From positions 83,844 through 147,843 of the forward strand of contig JBBRCU010000001.1 in assembly GCA_038204565.1 (NCBI GenBank): DNA of 64,000 nt, read 5' to 3'. This document shows, in pieces, positions 16,707 to 25,759 of the stretch. Every line of letters starts with the position of its first letter. Positions within the stretch are counted from its first letter, which is position 1. The position numbers and the translations under genes were made by a program. The notes under the pieces were generated by a model. It was given only the letters and a program-made list of their open reading frames with translations, was not told where the DNA came from and searched no databases. The DNA comes from Candidatus Limnocylindrales bacterium. Its GTDB lineage: Bacteria > Chloroflexota > Limnocylindria > Limnocylindrales > CSP1-4.

Positions 16707-18620
16707 TCAGGCCGGGGCGGGGTTCGGGGCGGGCAAGGTGCCCGGAGTGGGCTGGTTCGGGCCAACCACGATCGACGGTGTCTCACGGGTGTTGCGCTTC
16801 GGCGGGAGGTCGGTGAACAGGCTCTCGAACCCATCCGAGTCGACCGTCTCCTCGGCGACGAGCTTCTCGGCCAAGGCATTGAGCTTGTCGCGATGGGTGA
16901 CCAGGACGTCCATCGCCCGCTCGTAGGCGTTGTCGATGATCGCCCGGACTTCCTCGTCGATCGTCTTCGCGACCTCGTCGCTGTAGTCACGCTGCTCGCC
17001 CATCGAGCGGCCGAGGAAGACCATCTCGTCGCGCTTGCCGAACGAGAGCGGGCCGAGCCTGTCGCTCATCCCGAACTCGGTGACCATCCGGCGGGCGAGG
17101 TCGGTCGCCTTCTCGATGTCGTTGCTGGCGCCGGTCGTCGTGTCGCCGAACACAAGGCGCTCCGCGGCGTTCCCGCCGAGCAGACCGGCGATCTTGTCCT
17201 CGAACTCGGTCTTGGACTGGAGATAGCGGTCCTCCATCGGGAGGGCCATCGTGTAGCCGAGGGCCATCCCGCGGCTGATGATCGTGACCTTTGCGACCGG
17301 ATCGCACTTGGGCAGGATTCGCTGGACAACGGCGTGGCCACCCTCGTGGACGGCGATGATCGCCTTCTCCGCGTCCGAGATGATCCGGGACTTGCGCTCC
17401 GGACCGGCGACGATCCGCTCGAGGGCCTCGGTGAACTCGCTTGTCCCGATGACCTTCTTGTTGCGCCGGGCGGCGAGGATCGCGGCCTCATTCACCAGGT
17501 TCGCGAGATCGGCCCCGGAGAACCCCGGCGACTGACGGGCGACCGTTTCGATCTCGATCGTCTTGTCGAGCGGCTTGCCCTTTGTGTGGACCTTGAGGAT
17601 CGCGGTGCGGCCCTTCATGTCCGGCCGGTCGAGGATGACCTGGCGATCGAAGCGGCCGGGCCGCAGGAGCGCCGGGTCGAGGACGTCGGGACGGTTCGTG
17701 GCGGCGACGACGATCACGTTCGTGTTCGTGTCGAAGCCGTCCATCTCGACGAGGATCTGGTTGAGCGTCTGCTCGCGCTCATCGTGGGAGCCGCCGAGAC
17801 CCGCGCCGCGCTGGCGGCCGACCGCGTCGATCTCGTCGACGAAGACGATGCACGGAGAGTTGCGCTTGGCCTGGTCGAACAGGTCGCGGACGCGGCTGGC
17901 GCCGACGCCGACGAACATCTCGACGAACTCCGAGCCGGAGATGCTGAAGAAGGGGACTCCGGCCTCACCGGCGACGGCCCGGGCCATAAGCGTCTTGCCC
18001 GTTCCCGGGGGTCCGACGAGCAGCACGCCACGCGGGATCCGGGCGCCGAGTGAGTTGAACTTCTCCGGGTACTTCAGGAACTCGACGACTTCCTGGAGCT
18101 CGGTCTTGGCCTCGTCGACCCCGGCCACATCGGCGAACGTGACCACGGTCTTGTTGCCGAGGAACATCCGGGCCCGGCTCTTGCCGAAGCTCATCGCCTG
18201 GTTGTTGGTGCCCTGGGCCTGTCGCATCATGAAGAAGATGAACCCGCCGATGATCAGGATCGGCAACAGGCCGGTGATGAAGATCGAGATCCAGCCGTTG
18301 TCGGACGGCGGCTTGGCCTCGAGGCTCGGCGTCGGGACCTTGCCGGCGGCGGCGTAGGTTGTCATGTCGGGCAGGACCTGGGTCCCCAGGATGCCGGGGA
18401 TGATCACCGGGTACTTGCCGCCGTCCCTGCCGGTGACCGTCAGGGTCGACCCGTCCTGGACGACCGACGCGACCTTGTTCTGCTGGACGTTATCGAGGAA
18501 GGCCGAATATGCGACGTTGGTGACCCCCGTCGTCGAGTTGAGCACGGTCAACACGACGGCCAGGGCGACGACCACGAGCAACAGCATCACGATGCCGTTG
18601 CGGAAGAACCTGGGATTCAA
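16707..18620 (-). CDS. ftsH: ATP-dependent zinc metalloprotease FtsH
   Basis: Start refined to TTG 18620 (GGAGG at 18626-18630, 5-nt spacer), giving (M)[14 protein letters not shown]. Walker A is [17 protein letters not shown], with SRH and the zinc motif VHEGGHAV. The ORF-track N-terminus runs through a tRNA gene. Confidence 0.93.
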   Translation of the reverse strand: MNPRFFRNGIVMLLLVVVALAVVLTVLNSTTGVTNVAYSAFLDNVQQNKVASVVQDGSTLTVTGRDGGKYPVIIPGILGTQVLPDMTTYAAAGKVPTPSLEAKPPSDNGWISIFITGLLPILIIGGFIFFMMRQAQGTNNQAMSFGKSRARMFLGNKTVVTFADVAGVDEAKTELQEVVEFLKYPEKFNSLGARIPRGVLLVGPPGTGKTLMARAVAGEAGVPFFSISGSEFVEMFVGVGASRVRDLFDQAKRNSPCIVFVDEIDAVGRQRGAGLGGSHDEREQTLNQILVEMDGFDTNTNVIVVAATNRPDVLDPALLRPGRFDRQVILDRPDMKGRTAILKVHTKGKPLDKTIEIETVARQSPGFSGADLANLVNEAAILAARRNKKVIGTSEFTEALERIVAGPERKSRIISDAEKAIIAVHEGGHAVVQRILPKCDPVAKVTIISRGMALGYTMALPMEDRYLQSKTEFEDKIAGLLGGNAAERLVFGDTTTGASNDIEKATDLARRMVTEFGMSDRLGPLSFGKRDEMVFLGRSMGEQRDYSDEVAKTIDEEVRAIIDNAYERAMDVLVTHRDKLNALAEKLVAEETVDSDGFESLFTDLPPKRNTRETPSIVVGPNQPTPGTLPAPNPAPA

Positions 18621-18667
18621 CGGAGCCTCCGGAACTGTGGCGCCGCAGCGCGGCAGCCAGCGGATCG

Positions 18668-18673
18668 AGTATA
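18668..18673 (-). promoter_or_regulatory. Candidate -10 box (TATACT) for ftsH
   Basis: The minus strand reads CGCTATACTCGATC about 48 nt upstream of TTG 18620. There is no good -35. Confidence 0.35.
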
Positions 18674-18778
18674 GCGTCGGTTCGTGACAGCCCTGCCAGA
18701 CGGCCCGGCCGCGGCCCATCACCCGTCCATCAGGTGATTCGCGCCGGGACCGCCGATGGATGCAGGCCCGGAACGACA

Positions 18779-18811
18779 GACGCCCGGCGGACCCATCGGG
18801 TGCCGGGCGTC
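18779..18811 (-). terminator. Strong hairpin just downstream of the tRNA
   Basis: 10-bp perfect stem GACGCCCGGC / GCCGGGCGTC, with extra ACCC/GGGT pairing in the loop. It lies 12 nt after the tRNA 3' end. There is no clear U-tract. Confidence 0.4.
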
Positions 18812-18823
18812 GCACAGGTCGGG

Positions 18824-18898
18824 TGGTAGCGGAGGGCGGATTTGAACCACCGACCAAGGGCTTATGAGTCCCCTGCTCTACCACTGAGCTACTCCGCC
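18824..18898 (-). tRNA. tRNA with CAT anticodon (elongator Met, or Ile2 if lysidine-modified)
   Basis: 75 nt including encoded CCA: GGCGGAG-TA-GCTC-AGTGGTA-GAGC-A-GGGGA-CTCATAA-GCCCT-TGGTC-GGTGG-TTCAAAT-CCGCC-CTCCGCT-ACCA. The acceptor, D and T stems pair fully. The paired G1-U72 rules out an initiator. Confidence 0.9.
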
Positions 18899-18907
18899 GC
18901 GGCGGGG

Positions 18908-18913
18908 ATTCTA
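18908..18913 (-). promoter_or_regulatory. -10 box TAGAAT 9 nt upstream of the tRNA 5' end
   Basis: The minus strand reads GCGCTAGAATCCCCGCCGC-GGCGGAG(tRNA). The palindrome GCGCAC-C-GTGCGC (18914-18926) abuts it. Confidence 0.5.
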
Positions 18914-18931
18914 GCGCACCGTGCGCTGCCC

Positions 18932-18953
18932 GGCCATTGAACGGCCATTGAAC
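18932..18953. repeat. 11-bp tandem duplication (GGCCATTGAAC x2) upstream of the tRNA promoter
   Basis: Read directly at 18932-18942 and 18943-18953. Confidence 0.8.
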
Positions 18954-19065
18954 GGGCGAGCCGGACGGGCGCCCTCGACGACGACTGCTGGGCGACGCGG
19001 CCGGAGGCGGGTTCGGCTATAAGAGGAGGCGTGATCCGTCGTCGCCGTCGCCGGCCCGTCCGCGC

Positions 19066-20622
19066 GTGATCCAACCCGGTTCCGGGATGGTCGCCGGGCG
19101 CGCCTTCCGACGACCATCCGGCGGGTCGCTCGAAGCGGTCGCCGTGGCCGGCATCGCCCTGGCGATCTACATCCGGACGCGCCTCCCGGGGGTCAGCGTC
19201 GGGGACTGGGCGGAGATGCAGTGGATCCCGGCCCGGCTCGGCATTCCGCATCCGACCGGGTATCCGCTGTACGTGCTCGTCGGCAAGGCTTTCAGCCTGA
19301 TCCCCATCGGATCACTCGGGTTCCGGGCGGAGCTCCTCTCGGCGGTCGCGGCGGCGGGCGCCTCCGGGACCGCTGTCCTGATCGCGCTCCGGCTCGGCGT
19401 TCGGCCGGTGATCGCCGTGGCGGCGGGATTGTCTCTGGCCCTCACCGGCGAGCTCTGGCTCGAGGCGACCTTTTCCGAGATGAACGGATTCCACGTGTTC
19501 CTCATGGCTGCCGTGATCCACCGCGCGCTCGTGTGGCGGGCGGAGCGCCGCGACCGCGACCTTCTGATCGGGGCGTTCCTGGCTGGGCTGTCGCTCTCCA
19601 ATCACGTTCTGGCCGCGACCGTCGTCCCGATCGTGATCTTGTTCGTCCTCGTCGATGCCCGCGACCGCCTCCGCGAGCGGCCCGGGCTTATCGTGCGGGC
19701 GGCAGGTCTCGTCCTGATCGGCCTGACCCCGTATCTCTTTCTGCCCCTCCGAGGTCTCTTCGGGCCGGCCGCGGTGTATGGCAAGTTCCTGACCTGGGAT
19801 GGGGTCAGCAGCCTGGTCACGGGAGCTGAGCTGCGCGGTCAGATGCACTTCACCTCGCTCCAGACCCTGGTCAAGGCCTGGAACGATGTCCCGGCGGTCC
19901 TGGCCCAGTTCCGCGATCGGTCCGACCTCGCGTTCGTCGTCGGCGGCCTGATCGGAGCCGGCATCCAGTTCCTCCGCGATCGCTGGATGGCACTGATGCT
20001 CCTCCTGATCGTGGCCGTGAACCTGTACTTCTTCGCCAACTACGTCGGTGACCTCGACCACTACCTCCTGATCACCTGGCTTGCCTTCGCGATCTGGCTC
20101 GCGCTGGGCCTCGAGGCGATCGTCGCGGCACTCGAGCAGCGCTTGCCGGCCCTCGCGATCTCACCCGGTCCGGCGGTCCTGGCGCTGGTCCTGCCGATCG
20201 TCATCCTCGCCGGCAACTGGTCGACCTACGACCAGAGCGCCAATCACGACGGGGATCGGTTCGCCGCCAACGTCTTTGCCCAGCTGCCGCCGGACGCCGT
20301 GCTGTTGACGTACTGGGATGCGTTGACGACGCTCGGCTACGAGCATTGCGTCGACGGCGTCCGCCCCGACGTCGCGATGCGGGCCTTCGACACCGCGGCT
20401 CGGGTTGTCTGCGACCCGGTCGTGGGATCACTCGAGGATGTGGTGGCCCAGCGCCCCCTCTTCGCGCTCTTCGCCGCAGGTCAGGAGCTCGACCCGCTCC
20501 GCAGCCGGTTCACGTTCGTCGCCGGTCCGCGCCTCGCGGTCCCGTACGGCAAGCGCGGACTCGACTACAGCGCGATCCTCTATCGCCTCGAGCCGCTCGC
20601 GACGGGGGCGGCTGCTCCCTGA
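19066..20622 (+). CDS. DUF2723/TMEM260-like polytopic membrane glycosyltransferase (PMT-fold)
   Basis: 518 aa with many TM helices. N-terminal loop motif is GDWAEMQWIPARLGIPHPTGYPLYVLVGK. The start (GTG 19066 versus ATG 19087) is uncertain. Confidence 0.6.
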   Translation: MIQPGSGMVAGRAFRRPSGGSLEAVAVAGIALAIYIRTRLPGVSVGDWAEMQWIPARLGIPHPTGYPLYVLVGKAFSLIPIGSLGFRAELLSAVAAAGASGTAVLIALRLGVRPVIAVAAGLSLALTGELWLEATFSEMNGFHVFLMAAVIHRALVWRAERRDRDLLIGAFLAGLSLSNHVLAATVVPIVILFVLVDARDRLRERPGLIVRAAGLVLIGLTPYLFLPLRGLFGPAAVYGKFLTWDGVSSLVTGAELRGQMHFTSLQTLVKAWNDVPAVLAQFRDRSDLAFVVGGLIGAGIQFLRDRWMALMLLLIVAVNLYFFANYVGDLDHYLLITWLAFAIWLALGLEAIVAALEQRLPALAISPGPAVLALVLPIVILAGNWSTYDQSANHDGDRFAANVFAQLPPDAVLLTYWDALTTLGYEHCVDGVRPDVAMRAFDTAARVVCDPVVGSLEDVVAQRPLFALFAAGQELDPLRSRFTFVAGPRLAVPYGKRGLDYSAILYRLEPLATGAAAP

Positions 20623-20635
20623 TCCCAGCCCGAGC

Positions 20636-21115
20636 TCAGGCGGTCTCGCCGCGCATCTCGGCGGCGGCGCGCTGGACCGCCCGGACGATCGGCTGGTAGC
20701 CCGTGCAGCGGCAGAGGTTGCCGGCGAGACCGTCCCGGATCGCGTCCTCGGAGGGATCCGGGTCGCGGGCGAGAAGGGCCACGGCCGAAATCAGCATCCC
20801 GGGCGTGCAGAACCCGCACTGGATCCCGCCGCCCTCGAGGAACGCGCGTTGGAGCGGGTGGAGTGCCTCGACGCCAGCAAGGCCCTCGACGGTCGTCACC
20901 TCGCACCCCGCCGCCTGCAGGGCGAGGTACGAGCAGGAGTTCACGGGCCGGCCATCGATGAGGACCATGCAGGCGCCGCACTCGGAGTCGTCGCAGCCCT
21001 CCTTGGTCCCGGTCCGTCCAAGGTCATCGCGGAGGACGCGCAGGAGCGTCCGGTCCGGCTCGATCGCCGCACTCAGGGCGACGCCGTCGACGGTCAGCTG
21101 GAGCAATTCGGGCAC
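20636..21115 (-). CDS. [2Fe-2S]-binding small subunit of a xanthine-dehydrogenase/CODH-family molybdoenzyme
   Basis: 159 aa with two cluster motifs, CDDSECGACMV and CGFCTPGM...CRCTGY. Confidence 0.9.
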   Translation of the reverse strand: MPELLQLTVDGVALSAAIEPDRTLLRVLRDDLGRTGTKEGCDDSECGACMVLIDGRPVNSCSYLALQAAGCEVTTVEGLAGVEALHPLQRAFLEGGGIQCGFCTPGMLISAVALLARDPDPSEDAIRDGLAGNLCRCTGYQPIVRAVQRAAAEMRGETA

Positions 21116-21118
21116 GCC

Positions 21119-22033
21119 TCAGACCTCCTGCCCGTGCGCCCAGCGCGAGGCCGGCATCGGGATCGCTTCGCCCCGGGCGCGAGCCACCGCGGCGGCGAGG
21201 GTTCGGGCGACGACGACGACGAGCATCGCCCGGCGGTATTCGGCGCTCGCCCGGACGTCGTCGATCGGCTGCGCCGCCGCTGCTGCCGCCTCGGCCGCGG
21301 CACGGAACGTCGACGGGTCCGCGGTCCCGCTCGCGAGGGCAGCCTCGGCCTCGGGCGCCCGGACCACCGTCGGGGCGACCGAGGTCAGGGCGATCCGGGC
21401 AGCCGCGATCCGGCCGTCGTCCGACAACGTCACGCGGGCAGCTGCCCCGACGACGGCGATCTCCATCGCCCGCCGGTACTCGAGCCGGACGTAGGCGCTG
21501 CCGCTGTTCTCGGGCTGGGGCGGGACGATGACGGTCGTAAGCAGCTCGTCCGCCGAGGCGACGGTCCGGCCGGGAGCCACGGCCAATCCCTCGACCGGGA
21601 CGATCCGCGACCCCCGGCCGATCGCGCGGAGCATCACGTTCGCGCCGAGGACGATGAGCGGGCCCGTCGTCTCGGCCGCGGGTGATGCGTTCATCAGGTT
21701 GCCGCCGATCGTCCCAGTGGCCCGGGTTGCCGGCGACCCGATGATCGACGCGGCGTCGGCGAGCGCCGCCCAGATCGCCGCGACGTCCGCCGACGAGGCA
21801 ATCCAGTCATGGGTCGTCAACCCGCCGAGGACGAGGGCGCGGTCACTGACGCCGTGCTGGGCCAGTTCGGCGATCCGGTCGATCGCGACGATCGAGGCCG
21901 GGAGCGGCTTCCGGCCCTGGCGCGCCGCCACGACGAGGTCCGTTCCGCCGGCGACGGGCCGGGCGTCCCGATCGGCCGACAGGATCGCCAGAGCCGCCTC
22001 GATCGTCGTGGGCGCTGCGAAGCGGGTCGTCAT
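21119..22033 (-). CDS. FAD-binding medium subunit of the same molybdoenzyme
   Basis: 304 aa with FAD-binding PCMH-type motifs RPVAGGTDLVV and TGTIGGNL, plus a CO-dehydrogenase-flavoprotein C-terminal-like region. Confidence 0.85.
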   Translation of the reverse strand: MTTRFAAPTTIEAALAILSADRDARPVAGGTDLVVAARQGRKPLPASIVAIDRIAELAQHGVSDRALVLGGLTTHDWIASSADVAAIWAALADAASIIGSPATRATGTIGGNLMNASPAAETTGPLIVLGANVMLRAIGRGSRIVPVEGLAVAPGRTVASADELLTTVIVPPQPENSGSAYVRLEYRRAMEIAVVGAAARVTLSDDGRIAAARIALTSVAPTVVRAPEAEAALASGTADPSTFRAAAEAAAAAAQPIDDVRASAEYRRAMLVVVVARTLAAAVARARGEAIPMPASRWAHGQEV

Positions 22034-22043
22034 CGGAGTGCCA

Positions 22044-24410
22044 TCAGCCGCCGGCCGCTGCGCCGATCGGGACCGGGCCGAAGGGGGCGTTCGCTTCGGC
22101 CGCTCCGTCGTCGCCGGTGCGGACCGCCCGCCAGACCCGCTCCGGAGTCATCGGCAATCGCCGGACCCGGGCGCCGGTCGCGGCGGCGATCGCGTTGGCG
22201 ACGGCGCCCGCCGTCGCGACGATCGGTGGCTCGCCGACGCCCTTCGATCCGCGCGGGCCCCCATTCGAGGCGGGGAACTCGACGAAGATCGCCTCGATCT
22301 CGGGGGCGTCGGCCGACGTCAGGAGCTTGTAATCGAGAAGCGACGCGTTGCGCTGGCGGCCGTCCGCCCCGAAGACCGTCCCCTCTGTCGTCGCATTGCC
22401 GAGGGCCATCACGACGCCGCCGGTCATCTGCCCGAGGGCCCCCGTCTCGTTCAGGACCCGCCCGACATCCGTTGCGGCCACGACCTTCAGGGTCCGGACG
22501 ATCCCGGTCGCCGGGTCGACCCGGATCCGCGCGGCGTGGCAGAAGAACGTCGGTGCGGCGAACGATTCGAACCCGAGCCGGCCGACGCACATCGACGCAT
22601 CGTGCTCGGGTGCTTCAGGTGGCATGCCCGAGCCGCGGGCCAGGAGCAGCGCCCCGCCATGGGCGGTCGCCGCGAGCTCGGCGATCGAGATCCGACGATC
22701 CGGGCTGCCGACGACGCCGGCGTGACCGTCACGCAGCTCGAGGTCCGCCACACTCGCCTCCAGGGCAACCGCCGCGAGCTCGAGGAGCTGGCGCCGTACC
22801 TCGCGTGCGGCCTCGACGACGGCCCGACCGTTGTTGAACGTGGTCTGGCTGCCCGAGCTGCCGCCGTCGTACGGCCCGGCATCGGTGTCCTGATACGTGA
22901 TCGCGAAGTCCTCGGGCCGCATCCCGAGCTCTTCCGCGGCGAGGATCGGGAGGGCCATGACTGCGCCGGTCCCGTTTTCCTGGGCGCCAGTCACGATTCG
23001 GCCGCTGCCGTCGCCCTCGATCCGGACGAAGGCGCCCGACGGGCCTGGAGCGCTGAACCACCACCCCGACGCGACCCCGATCGCCTCGTGTGGACCGAGC
23101 GGACCGCCGGCGAGGATCGCCGCGACAGCCCGTTCAAGAGTCTCGACCGCGCCGTTTCCCTCGTGGCGCTGGCGGGTCGGACCCTCGTCGCCGTCGCGGA
23201 CGAGATTGCGCCGGCGGAACTCGACCGGGTCCAGCCCGACTCGGGCGGCGAGGACGTCGTGATGCTGTTCCACCGCCCAGCAGGCCTGCGGACCGGTCGG
23301 CGCCCGGACGGAACCCGACGGGGTGCGATTGGTGTAGACGCTGAGCGCCTCGATGTCGACGTGCGGGATCCGATACGGCCCGGCGATCATCATCGACGCG
23401 ACCTGGCCGAGGATCGGCGTGTCGCTTGCGTACGCCCCGCAATCGAGGATCAGACGGGCCCGGCGGGCGAGGATCGTGCCGTCCTCGTTGAGCCCGGTCT
23501 CGATGTCGACAACCATCGCATGGGTGACCTTGTCGGGTGCCAGGAACTCCTCGCGCCGACTCAGGACCAGCCGGACCGGGCGGCGAGCGGCGCGGGCGAG
23601 GGCGGCGACGTGGCCTTCGAAATGGAAGTCGCATTTCCCGCCGAACCCGCCCCCGAGGTGGCTCACCGCGACCCGGATGCGGTGCTCGGGGATCTCGAGG
23701 ACCTCGGCGGTCTTGGTCCGGGCATAGAACGGGACCTGGGTGCTCGACTGGATCGTGACCCGGTCGCCCGACCACTCGGCGGTGACGGTGTGCGGCTCGA
23801 TCGGGACGGGGTGGGCCATGTCGGCGACGTAGCGCTCGCTGACGACGATCGGCGCGGCGGCAATGGCCCCGGCGGCGTCACCCTTGACGATCGTCGAGCG
23901 GCCGGCCAGGTTTCCTGCCGGGTCGAGGTTCAGGTCGTGGGCGTACGTGGCGATCGCGTCGTGGACGAGCGGCGAACCGGGCTGAAGCGCCGCCTCGACG
24001 TCGAGCACCGGCGGCAGATCGGCGTAGTCCACCTCGATCGCGGCGACCGCAGCGGCGGCCTGGTCGGGCGTGAGCGCCGCGACGGCCGCGACGACCTCGC
24101 CCTCGAAGCGAACGACATCGCGGGCGAACAGGGTCCGGTCGAGGACGAAGTCGAATGATCCGTAGCGACGTTCGGGCACGTCGTCCTGGGTCAGGATGGC
24201 GAGCACGCCGGGCATCGCCCGAGCTCGGGCGGTGTCGATCCGGATGATCCGGGCATGGACGCGGCCGGCGAGGAGAAGGCGGGCGTGGGCAAGCCCTGAA
24301 AACGCCAGATCGGCCGTGTAGTGGGCCTGGCCGGTCGCCTTGGCCTGGCCGTCGGGGCGGATCCATGGACGAACCGCTGGCTCCGCTCCCTCGCCCTGGG
24401 ACTCACTCAC
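22044..24410 (-). CDS. Molybdopterin-binding large subunit (xanthine dehydrogenase family)
   Basis: 788 aa with HLGGGFGGK, TNRTPSGSVRAPTGPQ and SKGVGEPP (conserved Mo-site Glu). GAGG SD lies 5 nt upstream of GTG 24410. Confidence 0.88.
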   Translation of the reverse strand: MSESQGEGAEPAVRPWIRPDGQAKATGQAHYTADLAFSGLAHARLLLAGRVHARIIRIDTARARAMPGVLAILTQDDVPERRYGSFDFVLDRTLFARDVVRFEGEVVAAVAALTPDQAAAAVAAIEVDYADLPPVLDVEAALQPGSPLVHDAIATYAHDLNLDPAGNLAGRSTIVKGDAAGAIAAAPIVVSERYVADMAHPVPIEPHTVTAEWSGDRVTIQSSTQVPFYARTKTAEVLEIPEHRIRVAVSHLGGGFGGKCDFHFEGHVAALARAARRPVRLVLSRREEFLAPDKVTHAMVVDIETGLNEDGTILARRARLILDCGAYASDTPILGQVASMMIAGPYRIPHVDIEALSVYTNRTPSGSVRAPTGPQACWAVEQHHDVLAARVGLDPVEFRRRNLVRDGDEGPTRQRHEGNGAVETLERAVAAILAGGPLGPHEAIGVASGWWFSAPGPSGAFVRIEGDGSGRIVTGAQENGTGAVMALPILAAEELGMRPEDFAITYQDTDAGPYDGGSSGSQTTFNNGRAVVEAAREVRRQLLELAAVALEASVADLELRDGHAGVVGSPDRRISIAELAATAHGGALLLARGSGMPPEAPEHDASMCVGRLGFESFAAPTFFCHAARIRVDPATGIVRTLKVVAATDVGRVLNETGALGQMTGGVVMALGNATTEGTVFGADGRQRNASLLDYKLLTSADAPEIEAIFVEFPASNGGPRGSKGVGEPPIVATAGAVANAIAAATGARVRRLPMTPERVWRAVRTGDDGAAEANAPFGPVPIGAAAGG

Positions 24411-24536
24411 GGCCGCCTCGTCTTGGTCGTCACCTGGATGATCTGCCGAGGATAGGGGCTGGCCGGGAGCGTGGCGGAACCGGTCCGTCCTGCGGATCGG
24501 CCAGATGACCTCGGGTCCCGGGTTCGCCCCCGGGAA

Positions 24537-25058
24537 CTAGACGAGTTCCACCAGGCGGCCCGTCGCCACGTCGAACACAAGCCCATGGATCGGCACCGGC
24601 CGGATCCAGGGATGGGCCCGGAGGATCGCGACCTGGGCGCGAACCGACGCCTCGAGGTCCGCGAACGAGCCGAATGAAAGGTCGATGTCCGCCCCGGTCC
24701 GGTTCACCAGGCTGGACCGGATCGCCACCTCATCGGCGCCCTCCAGTCCGCAGCCGGTGTGGCCGATGACGAGGATCTCCGTCGTGCCGAGGCGCTCCTG
24801 GCTGACGATCAGGGAGCGAATCGCATCACCTGTCGCGAGCGCGCCGGCGTTGCGAATGATGTGGGCGTCGCCCGTCCGCAGTCCGAGGGCCTCCTCGACG
24901 TCGAGGCGGGCGTCCATGCACGACAGGACGGCGAGCCCCGACAGGGGCGCGGCGGTCAGCGAGGAGCGGTCGAACGCCTCCACGTAGCGCTGGTTCTCCA
25001 GCAGCAGGCGGTCGTATTCGGCGACCCCGTGGGCCCGCTCCGGGCGAGGTCTGGTCAC
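24537..25058 (-). CDS. Beta-class carbonic anhydrase
   Basis: Start refined to GTG 25058. Zinc ligands are SCMDARLD and GHTGCG. The longer ORF-track N-terminus is Ser/Arg-rich and overlaps the ftsB-like gene in another frame. Confidence 0.85.
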   Translation of the reverse strand: MTRPRPERAHGVAEYDRLLLENQRYVEAFDRSSLTAAPLSGLAVLSCMDARLDVEEALGLRTGDAHIIRNAGALATGDAIRSLIVSQERLGTTEILVIGHTGCGLEGADEVAIRSSLVNRTGADIDLSFGSFADLEASVRAQVAILRAHPWIRPVPIHGLVFDVATGRLVELV

Positions 25059-25119
25059 TGTGCCGGCGCGCGCGGTGCCCGCCGCCAGATGGGTCTCCGG
25101 CGATGCGCCAGTGGCACGC

Positions 25120-25671
25120 TCAGTGTCCGGGGCCGAACAAGAGGGACAGCCACGACTCGAGCGGCGTCTGCTGCTCGACATGGGCACCGAGCCGGGCCGA
25201 CGCAGAGCCGGGGGCGCCGTCGACCGGCGAAGGCACGGAAGGGTCAAGGGTGAACGCGACCTCGCGGCCGACGCCGAACTGATGACCTCGCGCGGCGATC
25301 GCGACGTACTCGGGGCGGACGACGAGATCGACTTCGTGCTGGAGGGCCGTGACTTCGGCGGCCAGGGCCGTGTTGTCGGTCGCGAGCTGGGCAGCGCGGC
25401 TTGCCGCAGCCCCCGCGTCACCGACCTGCCGGGCAAAGACGACGACGATCCAGACCGACAGGAGAGCGGCCGCGACCCAGCCGACCCGGCGCCGGGTGAT
25501 GCCGGCGATCGACAGCCCAGCCAGGTCAACGCGGTCGACTCGACCAGGGACAGCGTCTCGGCCGTCGGTGGCCGTCGGGTCGGGCGCGGTGCCGGACGCT
25601 GGATCGCCAGCGACGGACCGATCCGGGCGGCGGGAGGGCGACTCGTCGGGAGCGGTGCCGGGGGTCTTCAC
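25120..25671 (-). CDS. Septum-formation initiator family protein (FtsB/DivIC-like)
   Basis: A disordered N-terminus is followed by the TM helix VGWVAAALLSVWIVVVFA, the coiled coil AAQLATDNTALAAEVTALQHEV, and RPEYVAIAARGHQFGVGREVAF. Confidence 0.7.
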   Translation of the reverse strand: MKTPGTAPDESPSRRPDRSVAGDPASGTAPDPTATDGRDAVPGRVDRVDLAGLSIAGITRRRVGWVAAALLSVWIVVVFARQVGDAGAAASRAAQLATDNTALAAEVTALQHEVDLVVRPEYVAIAARGHQFGVGREVAFTLDPSVPSPVDGAPGSASARLGAHVEQQTPLESWLSLLFGPGH

Positions 25672-25759
25672 GTCCGATCGAGGGTAGCTGCCCGCAGCTG
25701 ACGTGTCAACTCGTTCGAGGCCGTGACAGCCAACCTGTCACGAGCGTGGCCGACCTTCC

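Noticed and set aside
15246-18053. 935-aa plus-strand ORF opposite the M20 dipeptidase and ftsH
   Set aside because: Same reasoning: low-complexity Arg/Gly/Asp/Glu composition, antisense to unmistakable FtsH and M20 sequences.
18621-18884. N-terminal 88 codons of the 725-aa ftsH ORF in the track
   Set aside because: This stretch translates a tRNA gene (18824-18898) and its terminator. TTG 18620 with a GGAGG SD gives the canonical FtsH N-terminus.
19023-19029. Strong SD-like GAGGAGG upstream of the DUF2723 gene
   Set aside because: It lies 36 nt from GTG 19066 and only 1 nt from GTG 19031, so it cannot act as a normal SD for either. It is noted only in the uORF finding.
21528-24158. 876-aa plus-strand ORF opposite the molybdoenzyme medium and large subunits. 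Similar cases are 25706-27730 (minus, opposite mrfA), 30136-32196 and 32384-34183 (plus, opposite thiolase/mmsA), 13228-15216, 45489-46739, 47406-48824, 47549-49054 and 60421-62052
   Set aside because: All are antisense or out of frame relative to genes with strong motif support, and all translate to Arg/Pro/Gly-rich junk. They are treated as GC-driven shadow ORFs.
20636-24410. Calling the L-M-S cluster an aerobic CO dehydrogenase (cox genes)
   Set aside because: The large subunit lacks both the AYRCSFR and AYRGAGR signature loops. The gene order fits neither form I nor form II. Only the generic xanthine-dehydrogenase-family call is supported.
25059-25529. Long N-terminal extension of the carbonic anhydrase ORF (330 aa in the track). 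Similar extensions occur at ppa (13183-13491), speB (45758-45952), the PQQ dehydrogenase (45645-45995), the 2-hydroxyacid dehydrogenase (40417-40803), the methyltransferase (44655-45194) and serA (59849-60511)
   Set aside because: The extensions are Ser/Arg/Pro-rich, overlap better-supported neighbouring genes in other frames, and lack SDs. Internal starts have SD motifs, 4-nt overlaps or family-typical N-termini.
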